NCBI GenBank assembly: GCA_030141605.1 | Contig: JAQGDQ010000374.1 | Coordinates: 126,830-190,829, forward strand | Direction of reading: 5' to 3' | From: Tubiluchus corallicola | Lineage: Eukaryota; Animalia; Priapulida | Length of the DNA stretch: 64,000 bases | In this document: positions 40,261 to 53,525 of the stretch, piece by piece | Position numbering within the stretch: the stretch's first letter is position 1 | How the letters are laid out: each line of letters opens with the position of its first letter | Made by a program: the position numbers and the translations under genes | Notes under the pieces: generated by a model | What the model saw: the letters and a program-made list of their open reading frames with translations, nothing else | What the model was told of the DNA's origin: nothing | The model's database searches: none

Positions 40261-42185
40261 GCGCATAGTAATATTATAAATACATTCTGTAGCAACAGAT
40301 TCAAGTTTTCCTGAGATACACATTGTCAGCAAAAATGTCACTCATCAATAACAGGATGTGTGAATTATTGACTGAGTTGGTATCCTATAGTGTTGGCTAG
40401 TCAATTTCTTTCTTTCTTCGAACAATGCTGCGTAGCGCGGGGAGAAGTCAATATAATTACTGGTCTACTAGAAGTCCAAAGCAAGTCGAACAGCTGCAAT
40501 AAAACGATTTTGCAAATTAGTGTGTGTGCCGTCTGAGCTTGTAAGTGCAGGTACATCACCAACATCCATACTGTGAAAGTTGTGACTGTATATTTTAGGT
40601 GCTGCCATCTATTGATTAGTCACTTTAACATTTTACTAGTTAAACTCACCCCTAGTACAATTGCTCGGTCCAGTGAATATGCAAACTCACTGGATCTCCC
40701 CTATTTTTACTGTAATGGGATATGTGAAGCCAAGTTTTTGCATAGTTCTCTACCTATATAAACTGGCTGGATTTCACTTCTAGCCACTGTCTCTCTGTCA
40801 CGCTCTCAGTGACGTGCAGTCGATCTACTTATGTGACTCTCTGTCACGTGTGCAGATATGTAATATAGCGTTCATTCGTTTTCTACAAAGTGTTCAACCT
40901 CATACATGACTTTCACACATACTGTTCTAGGCTTGTTTTACTGAGAATATTACGTTGTTCTGAAATAAAAATGCACTAAATGCTACTCGCACACTGTAAC
41001 AACGTCTCTCTGCAACAAAACTGTTTGAGGCAAATTGTCGTAAACAGTTGTAAGCAAAACTTTTCCCGTTCACTATAAGTTTTCTATGAAACAAACTGTG
41101 TCGTGGGTAACCATAGTAAACAATTATTAGATGACACGTGACAAAATCATTGGTTTTTGGCCTTATCTGTTTTGCCGGACGCAAATTGTTACATTGGGCC
41201 CGTATACGAGCAGGACGATCGGAGGCAGAAATTTAACTATGCTTAGAAAGTCTGTATCCGACAATTGCGTCAGAGTTTGCATAATGGCGCCCTGTAAAAG
41301 ATGCGATGATTTATGGTGTCAACTTGGATCTGCCATTATGCGACAACTCCGCCTCTGCAGCTTATGTATAAATTGTGTGTGAATTCATAACAGATACTTT
41401 AAATATGTATGATAATAATGTCTGAGTCCTCCTATTATAATTGGTAAAGCTGTGATGATTTATAAAACTGAACGTAACATCCAATTGTCACGGTATGTAA
41501 GTGAAATTTTTTTTTTGTAGTTCGAATGTTCTTTTTTTATGGACTGATTCTGCTGTGACCGCCTCCTTGATTGTATGTTTAATTCAGTCAACAAATTTGT
41601 CTGTCTGTCTGTCTGCGCGTGCGCGTGTGAGTAATGAAGCAATCATGAAAGACACAAAACTTGTTCCAATTTCAATTTATTCAGTTGGTGTTTCTGTTTC
41701 AATAATAAAGTTATTTTGACAAGATTTGTCCTTTGTTGGATAAATTTTAAAACCAATTTGTTAGGTAACTACTTGTGTACTTCTTTAGGATACTTCTTAC
41801 ATTACATGTTATAATTATCTGAAGAGGAGAACAAACGTGTTCTCCAAACATCATTAATTATAAATAATATAATAGCGGGATTCTTCATAAAAACTGATTG
41901 ATTCTCGGCATAACTTTGGCCAGTGATGTTACTGGAGACACAGCTGCTGATGAAACAATTATTACTTCATCTGTGCAATGCGTGCACGTTTATAACGCCC
42001 ATAATACCCACGTGCTTTTATGTTTAATTGATCTGAGACCGGGATGTCGAATTATCTTTGCTAGACTTAGTAGACTACAAGGTTTTTCTCTCAGATTACC
42101 TACACGTACATGTATTACATACACAAGTTCAAGTTCATGGATAAGATGTATCAGCCTCAGATGTATGCTACATATTACATTTAGA

Positions 42186-42980
42186 CGTATTAACTTTGTC
42201 CCGACCCAGCAAATATCATGAGATGCTGTTTCTTCTTCACACTGAAAATGTTCATTGAGACGTTTTGTTGTTACTAATCAAAAAATTATCATTTAAACGT
42301 ATTACCTTTGTCCCGACCCAGCAAATATCATGAGATGCTATTTCTTCTTCACACTGAAAATGTTCATTGAGACGTTTTGTTACTAATCTAAAAATTATCA
42401 TTTAAACGTATTAACTTTGTCCCGACCCAGCAAATATCATGAGATGCTGTTTCTTCTTCACACTGAAAATGTTCATTGAGACGTTTTGTTGTTACTAATC
42501 TAAATTTTATCATTTAAACGTATTAACTGTGTCCCGACCCAGCAAATATCATGAGATGCTATTTCTTCTTCACACTGAAAATGTTCATTGAGACGTTTTG
42601 TTACTAATCTAAAAATTATCATTTAAACGTATTAACTTTGTCCCGACCCAGCAAATATCATGAGATGCTGTTTCTTCTTCACACTGAAAATGTTCATTGA
42701 GACGTTTTGTTGTTACTAATCTAAAAAATTATCATTTAAACGTATTAACTTTGTCCCGACCCAGCAAATATCATGAGATGCTATTTCTTCTTCACACTGA
42801 AAATGTTCATTGAGACGTTTTGTTGTTACTAATCTAAAAATTATCATTTAAACGTATTAACTTTGTCCCGACCCAGCAAATATCATGAGATGCTATTTCT
42901 TCTTCACACTGAAAATGTTCATTGAGACGTTTTGTTGTTACTAATCTAAAAATTATCATTTAAACGTATTAACTTTGTCC
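42186..42980. repeat. ~110-113-bp minisatellite, 7 copies
   Basis: Unit CGTATTAACTTTGTCCCGACCCAGCAAATATCATGAGATGC...TTATCATTTAAA. Confidence 0.95.
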
Positions 42981-44896
42981 GTTTTGTTGTTACTAACCTA
43001 AAAGGTCTAAGCTGTTAGTAGTCTACTGCTGGTTGTTTATGCTGGATTACTGGCGGAATAATGCATCCTTCTTAGAAATCTCATGTTGAAGTAATTTAGG
43101 CCTAATTGGTGGCTTCTATATGCCAACCTTTTTATAGCTATATAGGGCTACCTAAGGCTAGCTTAATACTCCGTATATAGCTTGTACTGATTCTAGTTAC
43201 TAACGTAATACATATTAATCGCCGTTTCTTATTCTGTCTCTTACTTGTTTTACGTGTTTCCTAAAAAGTGTTTTAATCATTGTTCGTTATTGTATGCTTA
43301 GCATAGGCCTAAATGCCTATATCGTAGGCCAAATGGATCTATTGGCCAAATTAAGCTATTTTAACTTCTGCCTTGTTTGTTCAGTCTGTCAATTCAATCA
43401 AGTCCAGAATTTCTAAACGTAATTTTAGTGCACATTCTGGACTCGTTTGTAACGGGTTCAAGACTGTCATAAAACAGCACCGTTGTTTTCAATACGGGTA
43501 ACGTATATATGCAAAATAAATTCGTTGATATTACAAATAAACGATGGGTGGTATTCAAATAGGTCGACGAACCTCTCCTACCCCAAACTTTTGCGAGTGA
43601 AAAAATGCGAAGTGCGTGATTAAATTTTAGGGCATCCCGTGTTTATAATACTTCACGAAGAGCAAACAACATTAGACACGTTGCGGCGTGGGTGCAATTT
43701 ATTACTGTGCTGAACGAAGCCAAAGAATATTGAAGCCATACACTGATCATCCGCGGCAACTCGAAAATAGACAAAAAGTTAAAAATGTTACTGTTGTTTT
43801 GCAGTTTTAAAAGTAACAATGCAGTAATTATCTTGAGAACAAATACCATACGTAAAATTAAGTGCCAAAAATATTGTTAGGAAGGCAGATTTTGACCAAC
43901 CCCCATTAGTAATGGGTATGGTCGAGAAGCCCCGTAATGCAAATGTATCTGTATAAAGCAAAATGCACGCCGTAATTTGACGATTCCAACCTGGTCTTTA
44001 TGTCTGTGAAGGTAAATGCTGTAGGTTTGCTAATTTTTGTACTAAAGTTTGTTCACATGTTATGGGGCTACTGGTTGTGCATTAAAGTTTATTTTACATT
44101 CGTATTCTGTTTACTTTTCTCGTCTGCTGTAGACTATTTCATAACTTGTATGCCGCTCTATACATCCTGAGACGGATTCGCGCAGTGGACCCCGGATCCG
44201 TTACAATACATTATTAGGATTTACGTTGTCAAAGGTCTATATAAATATATTGGCTAAATTTCACGTACTTGTGTCTCGTCCTCTTTATTTTTCCTTTTCT
44301 CTTTAATTAAGCTTGTATTAAAGCTGTTAAACCATAAATCAGACTTACATATATAATGAGGATTACGCAAAAAATAATAATTACGCGTTATAACATATGC
44401 AAAAACTGTAAAACATTAAGATCGGAATAGCTTAAACAGTTTTTACGTAAAACCTATTTATATAAAGCTATATACATGTAAAAATACATGAAAATTCCAT
44501 TACAATGGGCAAACATACTTGAGCGTAACTTGAGGCAAACGTCCAACTAATTTTCACTTAAATTTCAAATGATTAACATCAATCTCAGCCCAAATTTTCG
44601 TAGAACTAATTAGAAATCTATATTTCGAAGACTATAGATTATATTTGAGGACTATTATGTTGTATGTTTGGTTAGGCCTTAAAAAGGTACATTTTTCTGT
44701 TCTAGCCTATAAAAATTTGTAAACGTACTATACGAATATAATTTATAAGTACACATTCGTTTCTATCTACAACACGTTTTTCACTAACTAATTACGTGAA
44801 ATTGACTTTAATTGGAATTTTATTCAGAGAAAAGGCGCAATTCAAAGAATGACAGTTTATATTTTGATTATTGCGCATTTTGTGCTTTTGTTTAGA

Positions 44897-45854
44897 TCAG
44901 CCATACTGTCTGCTGTTGTATCTAGTGCTTTGTCTTGCAGCTTGCAGTCCCCGTCCATTAAATCTTGGTTGAATTGGTGCAGACTGTCTACCGCGTCCCT
45001 GTAGTCTGTTAGGCAATGTACTTGCTGGACCTGAGTGGACCGGGGCATCTTCCAACTGAATTGTTTGGAACTGAAAATTTGGATTCTTCTGAAAACCATA
45101 ACTCGCCCCCTCTTCGTTGGTACCCTCTCCTGATCCTGTCTGACTGTAAGATTGCGTGACGTCGTTGCTTCCACTGCGGGTGGCGCTGAGTTCGACTGTA
45201 CCTTCACCGGAACCGGATCCGGTTTTCTCACCGGTGCTGCTTTCCGTTTGTCTAGCTGATCCACTTCTGAACCTGGTTCCTATCACCGCTTGTTCTTGGG
45301 ACTGCGGTGCAAAGGACATCTGGGGTGCCTGAGCTTGAGCCCCGTCCCTCCACGTGTTGAAATTCCAATCTTCTATGTTAATGTAGTTGCGCCCAAATTC
45401 CTCGAAACCAAATGCTTCTGGATTTAGCATTCCAAAGTTATTAATGTCAATTTCGTTGTTACCAAATCCAGGAAGACCAGCTGATGACAATGTTGAATCA
45501 AACTGCCGTGAGTTCGAAGCCGACTGGCCACCAAAAGTTTGAAAGTTTTGTTGAAGATTACCCGCTGGGAGTTGACTCCTACCAAATCCTTGCTGCTGAA
45601 ACGGAGACCTTTGAAAGCCCCGTTGTTGACGCCCTTGTTGTAGTTGAGACCCTGGATCAAACTGGCCATTTCTATTACGCCCACCAGGTTGGCGTGGACT
45701 AAACGTGTTCATATTTTGCTGATGGAAACTTCTTGAAGGTTGTCTGTTGCCATGGCTTAGTTGTTGGACCCCTCTAATACCTTCAGGTCCAAAGGCATCA
45801 GATGAAACAGAGGCAATTCCAAACATCAAAATTAGGCACGTTGCCAGACACATC
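44897..45854 (-). CDS. Exon 2 (terminal) of a secreted low-complexity Q/G/F/R/N/S-rich protein of unknown function
   Basis: The only long non-repetitive ORF, and more GC-rich than its flanks. Acceptor TTCCTTTTTCTAG|G at 45854. Signal-peptide-like MCLATCLILMFGIASVSS-DAFG. TGA at 44897-99 and AATAAA at ~44819-44824. Confidence 0.8.
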
Positions 45855-45954
45855 CTAGAAAAAGGAAGGTTATCATAATTTACTTTCACATTGTAACAAA
45901 CGTAACCTAATTTACAATTTAGAATTTGTAAATAACAAATAATCGACTGGCGGT

Positions 45955-46300
45955 TATTTATTTATTTATTTATTTTATTCACACCCAATAGTAAAATACA
46001 ATCTACAATAAAAAACAATATAATATAAAACACGTTGACAAAAACATACGAATAAAATATTTACAAGAGTGTGGTAAAGACACAAAACTGCTTACATGTG
46101 TCTATTGTGAACAAGGAATTTATGCAAGTTAACTTTATATAAGCGGCTTTTAAATAACTTAATATTTTGTGCAGTTATTTTGTGCAGTTACGAGGGGTGC
46201 GCCATCAACATACGCAGGCAATCAGTTCCAGATCGGTACAACTGGATTTCAGTCGGAAATGAAAGGAGAAAATTCAAAGACTAATCTGTTATTAGCAATA
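45955..46300 (-). mobile_element. CR1-like LINE 3' remnant (intronic)
   Basis: Minus-strand translation VVPIWN*LPAYVDGAP...KLFKSRL (CR1-type WN.LP...FK..L), followed by a (TAAA)n tail. Confidence 0.6.
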
Positions 46301-46431
46301 ATAATTAATGTATAATGGGAGATGTAATGAAGACGTGCAATAAACTAAAGCTAGTCGATGATCTAGATTCTAGACGGAATTGACTTCATCAATTTGGTAA
46401 CTGTACATTTTTATGTGGTTGACGCTCTTAA

Positions 46432-46863
46432 CCCTTTCAGTCCCAAATTAGAAAAATTTTTTTGGCTTGCTACTTTTGTTCAGTATGTCTATCTTGTTTA
46501 CACATAATAATTTTTTTTCTACCTGTACCGGCGCGCTACCACGGGATACATTGGGATTTAATGGAAGCATAAAATGTGCTTCATTTTGCAACTGCTGATA
46601 ATTTTTTAAAGTATTTAAGACATTTAGTTGTGCATGCAATGCTGATCTGTACAAAGTCGTCTCTAAAGTACTGTACCTTGCGCAGTTTTTTATGCTATGT
46701 AGATTTTCTAGTTTACCATTTTATCACTATTTTTAGTCTATTGTTATTGGCTTAAATCAAAATAACTATTAACAGATCAAATAACTGTCAGTTTTGAAAT
46801 TTTATTAATTTTAAAGGCAGAAAATATTCTCGTATCCCGCTGGATAGAACGGGTATGAAAGGG
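46432..46863. mobile_element. piggyBac-type MITE (intronic)
   Basis: TTAA|CCCTTTCAGTCCC...GGGTATGAAAGGG|TTAA: 11/13 TIR match, CCC/GGG ends and TTAA TSD. Internal IR CGGGATAC/GTATCCCG. Confidence 0.85.
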
Positions 46864-46922
46864 TTAATAAATTCAGTACAGGAATTTGTCTAGTGAGTAT
46901 ACCAGGCCTGCAGAAAACACAG

Positions 46923-47020
46923 TTATTATTATTATTATCATCATCATCATCATCATCATCATCATAATCATAATCATCATCATCATCATCATCATAATCA
47001 TCATTATTATTATTATTTAT
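46923..47020. repeat. (ATT/ATC)n microsatellite
   Basis: Direct inspection. Confidence 0.9.
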
Positions 47021-47455
47021 TAAATACATCCACAACAATCATTATAGCATAGCACTTAAAAGAATTTAATAACATATTTATTATTATGTACACAAGATGC
47101 CAAGCTGCAAATGACCTGAAGTAATTACTTGTTGAGAGCACCCCAAATGAATGTGCATTGAGTGAAGAAGAAAAGAACAGTAAAGGAGTAGAAAAGAAAA
47201 GTTAATAGAGAATAGAAAGAAAAAGAAAGATGTGATGGTATATCTGTGTGAAGTAACGTGAACTATAGACATATAGAAATCGACATAGCCAGGAACGCGA
47301 TGGATTCCGACAGGGGACAGCAGCGTAGTTAGTCAAATTTATTTATTCTATATAATTAGAAAAGATTTCGCTTTTAAAATTTCTTTTGAAGTTATTAATA
47401 GATAAAGAACTTTTTATGTATTCGTTGATGTTATTCCAAAGTCAAGGGCCAGTCT

Positions 47456-48045
47456 GAATGATGGTGGAGAACAGACTGTTACAGTAATTCTGAAGCACTG
47501 CAAAGACAACCGCGCGCGGCAGAATGATGGTGGAGAACAGACTATTACAGTAATTCTGAAGCACTGCAAAGACAACCGCGCGCGGCAGAATGATGGTGGA
47601 GAACAGACTGTTACAGTAGTTCTGAAGCACTGCAAAGACAACCGCGCGCGGCAGAATGATGGTGGAGAACAGACTGTTACAGTAGTTCGGAAGCTCTGCA
47701 AAAACAACCGCGCGCGGCAGAATGATGGTGGAGAACAGACTGTTACAGTAGTTCTGAAGCACTGCAAAGACAACCGCGCGCGGCAGAATGATGGTGGAGA
47801 ACAGACTGTTACAGTAGTTCGGAAGCTCTGCAAAGACAACCGCGCGCGGCAGAATGATGGTGGAGAACAGGCTGTTACAGTAGTTCGGAAGCACTGCAAA
47901 GACAACCGCGCGCGGCCGAATGATGGTGGAGAACAGACTGTTACAGTAGTTCTGAAGCTCTGCAAAAACAACCGCGCGCGGCAGAATGATGGTGGAGAAC
48001 AGACTGTTACAGTTGTTCGGAAGCACTGCATAGACAACCACGCGC
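47456..48045. repeat. 66-bp minisatellite, 9 copies (intronic)
   Basis: Unit GAATGATGGTGGAGAACAGACTGTTACAGTAGTTCTGAAGCACTGCAAAGACAACCGCGCGCGGCA. Confidence 0.96.
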
Positions 48046-48669
48046 CTCTCATGGTTAATATAGCTCAATCATAAGGTTATGTTGTAATTTAACAAGACTG
48101 ACAAGACATGAAGTTTTCGTTGGTAAAATAATAATTTTTTTTGAATCTGTCTGCAAAGAATCAAGATTAGTAAACTGACATTAATAGTCTTAGTTATTCG
48201 TGCTAAGTAATCAGCGCTGTTACAAATGCTAATTGAAATTTTGTCTATCGTCCCGTGTCTCGTGCATTGCACGCTAGAGACATCTACTCAGCACGTCGTA
48301 AAACCTCAAGTGAAGCCACTGGTGCGTCTGGCTTCTTTCTGATAAGAAATATCGACCTAGTTATGAAGTTTACAGGGAAGTTTTTGTACACCAGACGTCT
48401 CCACTTTAATTGAGCTAATACTTCTTGCGATTAAATTAAACTTATTTATCATTTTTGTACATTTTTATTTGTAGTTTTCTTAAAAAGGATTATAAAGTAA
48501 ATAATTATTACTAACAAAATTCATTAATATCAACAAATTCAGCAAAAAACGACAAAAGGCGGAGAGCAATGATGTATCACCAACTGCCACTGTTGAGCTC
48601 TGACCTACGGATATCCCAGAATAAACCTTAATAAATGATTTTAAATATATTACCCATTATACAACGTAC

Positions 48670-48686
48670 CTTGCAAGATTCTGCAT
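48670..48686 (-). CDS. Exon 1 coding part (MQNLAR) of the secreted protein gene
   Basis: ATG CAG AAT CTT GCA AG|GTACGT is a strong donor. Its phase 2 fits the single G before the ATG of exon 2 (AG+G = Arg), giving MQNLARMCLATCLILMFG... Confidence 0.6.
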
Positions 48687-48744
48687 TAAAGGGCAGGCTT
48701 AGATCCGTTTGGTGTCTGCTCTCCAAGCCGCTCCTCAATAACAT

Positions 48745-48779
48745 TAAAAGTGGATTTTTAACGTTCTGTGCATTTTATG
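48745..48779 (-). promoter_or_regulatory. Candidate core promoter (CATAAAA ~28 bp upstream of Inr-like TCCACTT)
   Basis: TATA-variant/Inr spacing 65-95 bp upstream of the exon 1 ATG. Motif evidence only. Confidence 0.3.
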
Positions 48780-50720
48780 TACATTCTGTCTCCATCTGAC
48801 CTAGTTTAACAATGTTGGACCTAGACAGGTAGAAATGTAAATAGTAATCTTTCAAATGAACGGAACGAGAAAGAGAAAGTACTCGCATATTGTGCATTTC
48901 TTCTATCTAAAGCATGTTCAACACACTGTTTAATGTTTTTTCTTGAGTCCACAGGCCTGCGGAGCAAATACGTTACTGAATACAGACGTAATACATTGGT
49001 ACCTACAGCAGCATGTCAGTGGGTGGATGCGCTTGAAAAACTTTTACGACAATAAGTTCAGTTTCAGACCTTGGATGTGCAAATACTTTGCTAATTATAA
49101 CGCTTAATTGCAATATTTTATTTCCAACTGTCGTTTGTTTGCCAATTTTAATTAAAACGGACGCAACTTGATGCCTTGAAATTTCACGGTAATTTTAATG
49201 TTTTTCTTTGTCTTTAATTGGTACAACAGAGACAAATATAGACATTTTTCAGTTTCTCAGTCAAGAATAAGAAAAATAATCTAAGAAACATTCGCGCTCA
49301 TCTCATGAACAACGCGCAAAAGGTAGATATGGAAAGTGAGAAATTAAATCATGGCGTATCTATGAAGAAATTATTTATTTGTTTATTGTATCTTTATTTA
49401 TGTATTTTGATAGACTTAATTCAATTTATTTGTAAACAGTAACAAGTGTTGATTTAATGCATTTCTAGTCCAAAAAATAAGACAAAACATACTTAACCGC
49501 AACTAGAAAGAAATCGACTGGGTAGCATAAAAAGTGGAGCAGTAACTGAAACAAAGACTAGCTTCCTCTTTTTTTTCTTCTAATCTCCTCCTCTGCTTTT
49601 TGCCACATTTTTTCAGCTCTTTTTTCTCACCCTACCCCTTTCTGTACATTTCCTTTGTTTTGTCTCTTCTCCAATCTCCTCTCCTGCCATTCAGCTTTCC
49701 TTCCCTTCCGCCTACCTCATCGTCATCATCTCTTTAATTAATTAACGCATTTTTCAGAAATCCTGCACAAAGTGTCGCTTAGTAATATCTCCAAGTATTC
49801 GAAAATGACCTTACCTTTCGTTAGGTAATACAAAAGTAGGAAGTTAGCCATTCGCCTGCATGGTCCTTCTTTCTGTCGACGGGGGGGGGGGGGGGGCATG
49901 TTTTGATAAAATTTGTTGTACAATATTTTTGCTGAGCGCTAATTGTCTTTGAAATCGTTAAAATGTTAAACATATTATCTTTCTATACCAAATTTGGTTA
50001 ACTATTAATCTTTAGCCTAGAGCTAAAGTCTTTCTATTAACTGTTAAGCAAAAACGTAGGAGACTCGGTAACCTATATGGTTTTGTCTAAATTCTTTCTC
50101 CGAAAATCTTTTTCTTGGTGTATACATTTGATAAATGTAGGAAAAATAGTGTAAATGTAGGAAAATAAAATATACTTAAATTAAATTAAAAAAACTCTTT
50201 ATTATTACACCGTATTAAAATTTGTTCAGCACCGTCCAAAATATAATAATATAACCTACCTAGTATGTTATGGCACAGTAATTCACTCTGCCATTGGCAG
50301 ACTAGCTAAACTAAGCCAGTACTTTCCTTTTACAAGGATTTTGATGTGTAGAAAAAATTAATAGAGAGGCTAATGTCTCAAGAAACGTGTAATCACAATG
50401 AGTGTGTTGTGTCTCTTACATGTATAACACGATCGCTCGTCTATTTCTAACATAGTGGGTGTCACAAACAGTGAATGCCTTAAAGTAAACACCATTCTCT
50501 GGATACTTGATAGCTGGCGGTTTTTGTGGCTTCGCGTGTCAGTTTTCTTCCGGGGAAATAACCAATTTCTCTGCCTCAGAAAACGAATTGTAATTAACTG
50601 GGATATGCGTGTTCTTGTCATTAGTGAAATAGAGCATGAAGACTGAAATTGGAACATTTCTGATTGTAAGAAAAGTTTATGTGAATTGCGATACCCTGTT
50701 TACTTCTGTCTGTGTTTCGC

Positions 50721-51402
50721 AAATTTCTCCTATAGAATTTCACGGGTTATATAACATAAGGGTAAGATAAGACTGCTTGTATCTTTGATAAAATTTCTCC
50801 TATAGAATTTCACGTGTTATATAATATAAGGCTAAGATAAGAATGCTTGTATCTTTGATAAAATTTCTCCTATAGAATTTCACGTGTTATATAACATAAG
50901 GCTAAGATAAAACTGCTTGTATCTTTGATAAAATTTCCACTGTAGACTTTCAGGTGTTATATAATACAAGGCTAAGATAAGAATGCTTGTATCTTTGATA
51001 AAATTTCCACTGTAGAATTTCACGTTTTATATAATATAAGGCTAAGATAAGAATGCTTTTATCTTTGATAAAATTTCCACTATAGACTTTCACGTGTTAT
51101 ATAACATAAGGCTAAGATAAGAATGCTTTTATCTTTGATAAAATTTCTCCTATAGAATTTCACGTGTTATATAACATAAGGCTACGATAAGAATGCTTTT
51201 ATCTTTGATAAAATTTCTCCTATAGAATTTCACGTGTTATATAACATAAGGCTAAGATAAGAATGCTTTTATCTTTGATAAAATTTCTCCTATAGAATTT
51301 CACGTGTTATATAACATTAGGCTAAGATAAGAATGCTTGTATCTTTGATAAAATTTCCCTTATAGAATTTCACGTCTTATATAACATTAGGCTAAGATAA
51401 GA
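50721..51402. repeat. 70-bp minisatellite, ~10 copies
   Basis: Unit AAATTTCTCCTATAGAATTTCACGTGTTATATAACATAAGGCTAAGATAAGAATGCTTGTATCTTTGATA. Confidence 0.96.
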
Positions 51403-53525
51403 CAACTTTATTCCGCGTAAAAACCCAACACATTTATAAATATAAAACCGTAAATATTCTATTCTATCCTACCCGGTAGTAACTAGATCACATCTACAAA
51501 AAGCTGTTGCGATAAATTTGTTAAAAATTAATCATAATTTATATAAAAAAGCTGCAAATATGTGTTTTTATATAGTTGATTTGTCCAATCACGATAAACT
51601 GTATGATGCATTTCTAGAAAAACAATATATGAATGTTTTGTAGTCTTCTCAAAACTTGTGTATTTTGTTTTATCAGAAATTTTCATGAGGCCATGCCATT
51701 TCGTTGAACAGCTGCATTGTATATAAGAGACTTGTAGAAAAGTGTATACATCATCAGCGCGCATTGGCCCCATTTCTCAATGGCGATGGCCTCATCTAAC
51801 CGTATTCTTAATATTACACAACGAAAATTGGTTCATTGCCCTTTCCGGTTCCTTTTGCAAAATCGTGGGGAAAAATAAATGCCCTTTCTTAAATCATCTG
51901 CCTTTTTTCTTTGTCAATCTGCTGACCTTAACGGGAAGAAATGTCATTATTCATTTACAGCTTTATAAAGCCTGTTGTATTTAATAACGACCAACGAGGC
52001 ATGACATATGCGCCCTCTATTGTTCAAAAAAAGAAACGAAAAAGTCCCTGCAAATCCCCGGTGAAACGTGACATTATTTTCATTATTGGAAACACTGCCA
52101 ATCAGCACTAAGTAATCCCTGATTTAAACTGCTGAGGTTCTAAGGCAAACTATCTCTGTTGAGTCGGTACCGAGTCTAACTTGTGAATTCTACACATTGC
52201 AAATCGGAAAGCGAGTCAGCCTCGATGTGGACTACGAGAAGGGCTTTGCATTTCGGACCACCATCGTTTAAATCAATGATTACTTACTGCTGATCGATAA
52301 AGTTTCTGAGAAGTAGGCTGGTTTCCTATTTTGCAGCATACTCACAAACCAGATTCGACCAGTACACGGTCAGTACTAGGTCCTGCAGGGTAAACCGGGT
52401 ATTGTACTGGATCAGCAATTGCCTTGATTTAAAAAAATCGGATTTGGGAAGAATCCTCGAGAGAGACGAATGGGATTAATTGCCCGGGCTCGTTGTGATC
52501 AAACTCCACGAAACTGCTTAGTGGTTGGTCCCCCCCCCTCACTTCAGTCCATGTCCCTTTCATGAATCTCGCTTCATCTCCTCACAGTACGACGAAACGT
52601 TTGTAAAATTTGAAGAATATTGTTTCTAACACGGTTAACAGAGGGCGCCAGTGTAAAAAGCAGCATTATTTTTATCAGCAATGTGTAAACACATTATTAA
52701 ATTATTAAATACTAACAAAAACGAGCGTTCTTAAAAATAATGTCTAGACTCTGGTGTGTAAAAGCGATAATTATATAGGCGGCAGTTTGTTGAAGAATTT
52801 TGAGCTTCGTAATGGTCGAAATCAGGTTTATGACAAACTCTCTTGTGTATTTATTGCATTAATTTAAGCTTGCAATTTGACTCTCATCGGTATTATATCT
52901 AATTAAAATTTGAAAGCAATATAGACAAATTTCAGCGCGCGCAGAGCTAGTCAATATCTGAAAATGTTTATGTATTTAAATTAACCACGCCTACTTTAGG
53001 TCTATTCTTCCGTTCATTTTTGATTCATGTTTGTATTTGTTTTTGGTGTCAGTTGATTAACTGTCTACTCGGCCGTAGTTTTATTGGTTGGTTGGTTGAT
53101 TGGTCGGTCAGTCATTTGTTTAGGTAGTTGGTTAGTATAATCTGCTGTTTGCTCATTAGTTCATTCGTTCACCATCTTATTTCATCATTCATTTCTTTCA
53201 TTCGTTTATCTATCAATTATTTATTCCTTTATTGACTCTTTCTTTTAGTTTATTATTATCATCATTCAGTACAATATAATGAGATTAAGCACACAGTGAC
53301 ATCAAAATTATTACGTCATACTGTATTAAATTGACTTTAATAATTATTGATTTATTTGTTTGTTTGTTTGTTTGTTCATTAGATCTTTCGTTTGTTCGTT
53401 CTTTCGTCTTCTATTCGTTTTTTCCTTTATCTTCTTTAGTTCTTCGTTCGTTTACTCGTTCGCCCGTACTTACTTTGATCATTGATCGAATATCTATTCA
53501 AAACGATTTTTTCATCCTTCGATAT

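Noticed and set aside
45855-45889. ORF-track start (MKVNYDNLPFSR) for the secreted protein
   Set aside because: It uses a non-ATG start and overlaps a polypyrimidine/AG splice acceptor, so it is better explained as intron.
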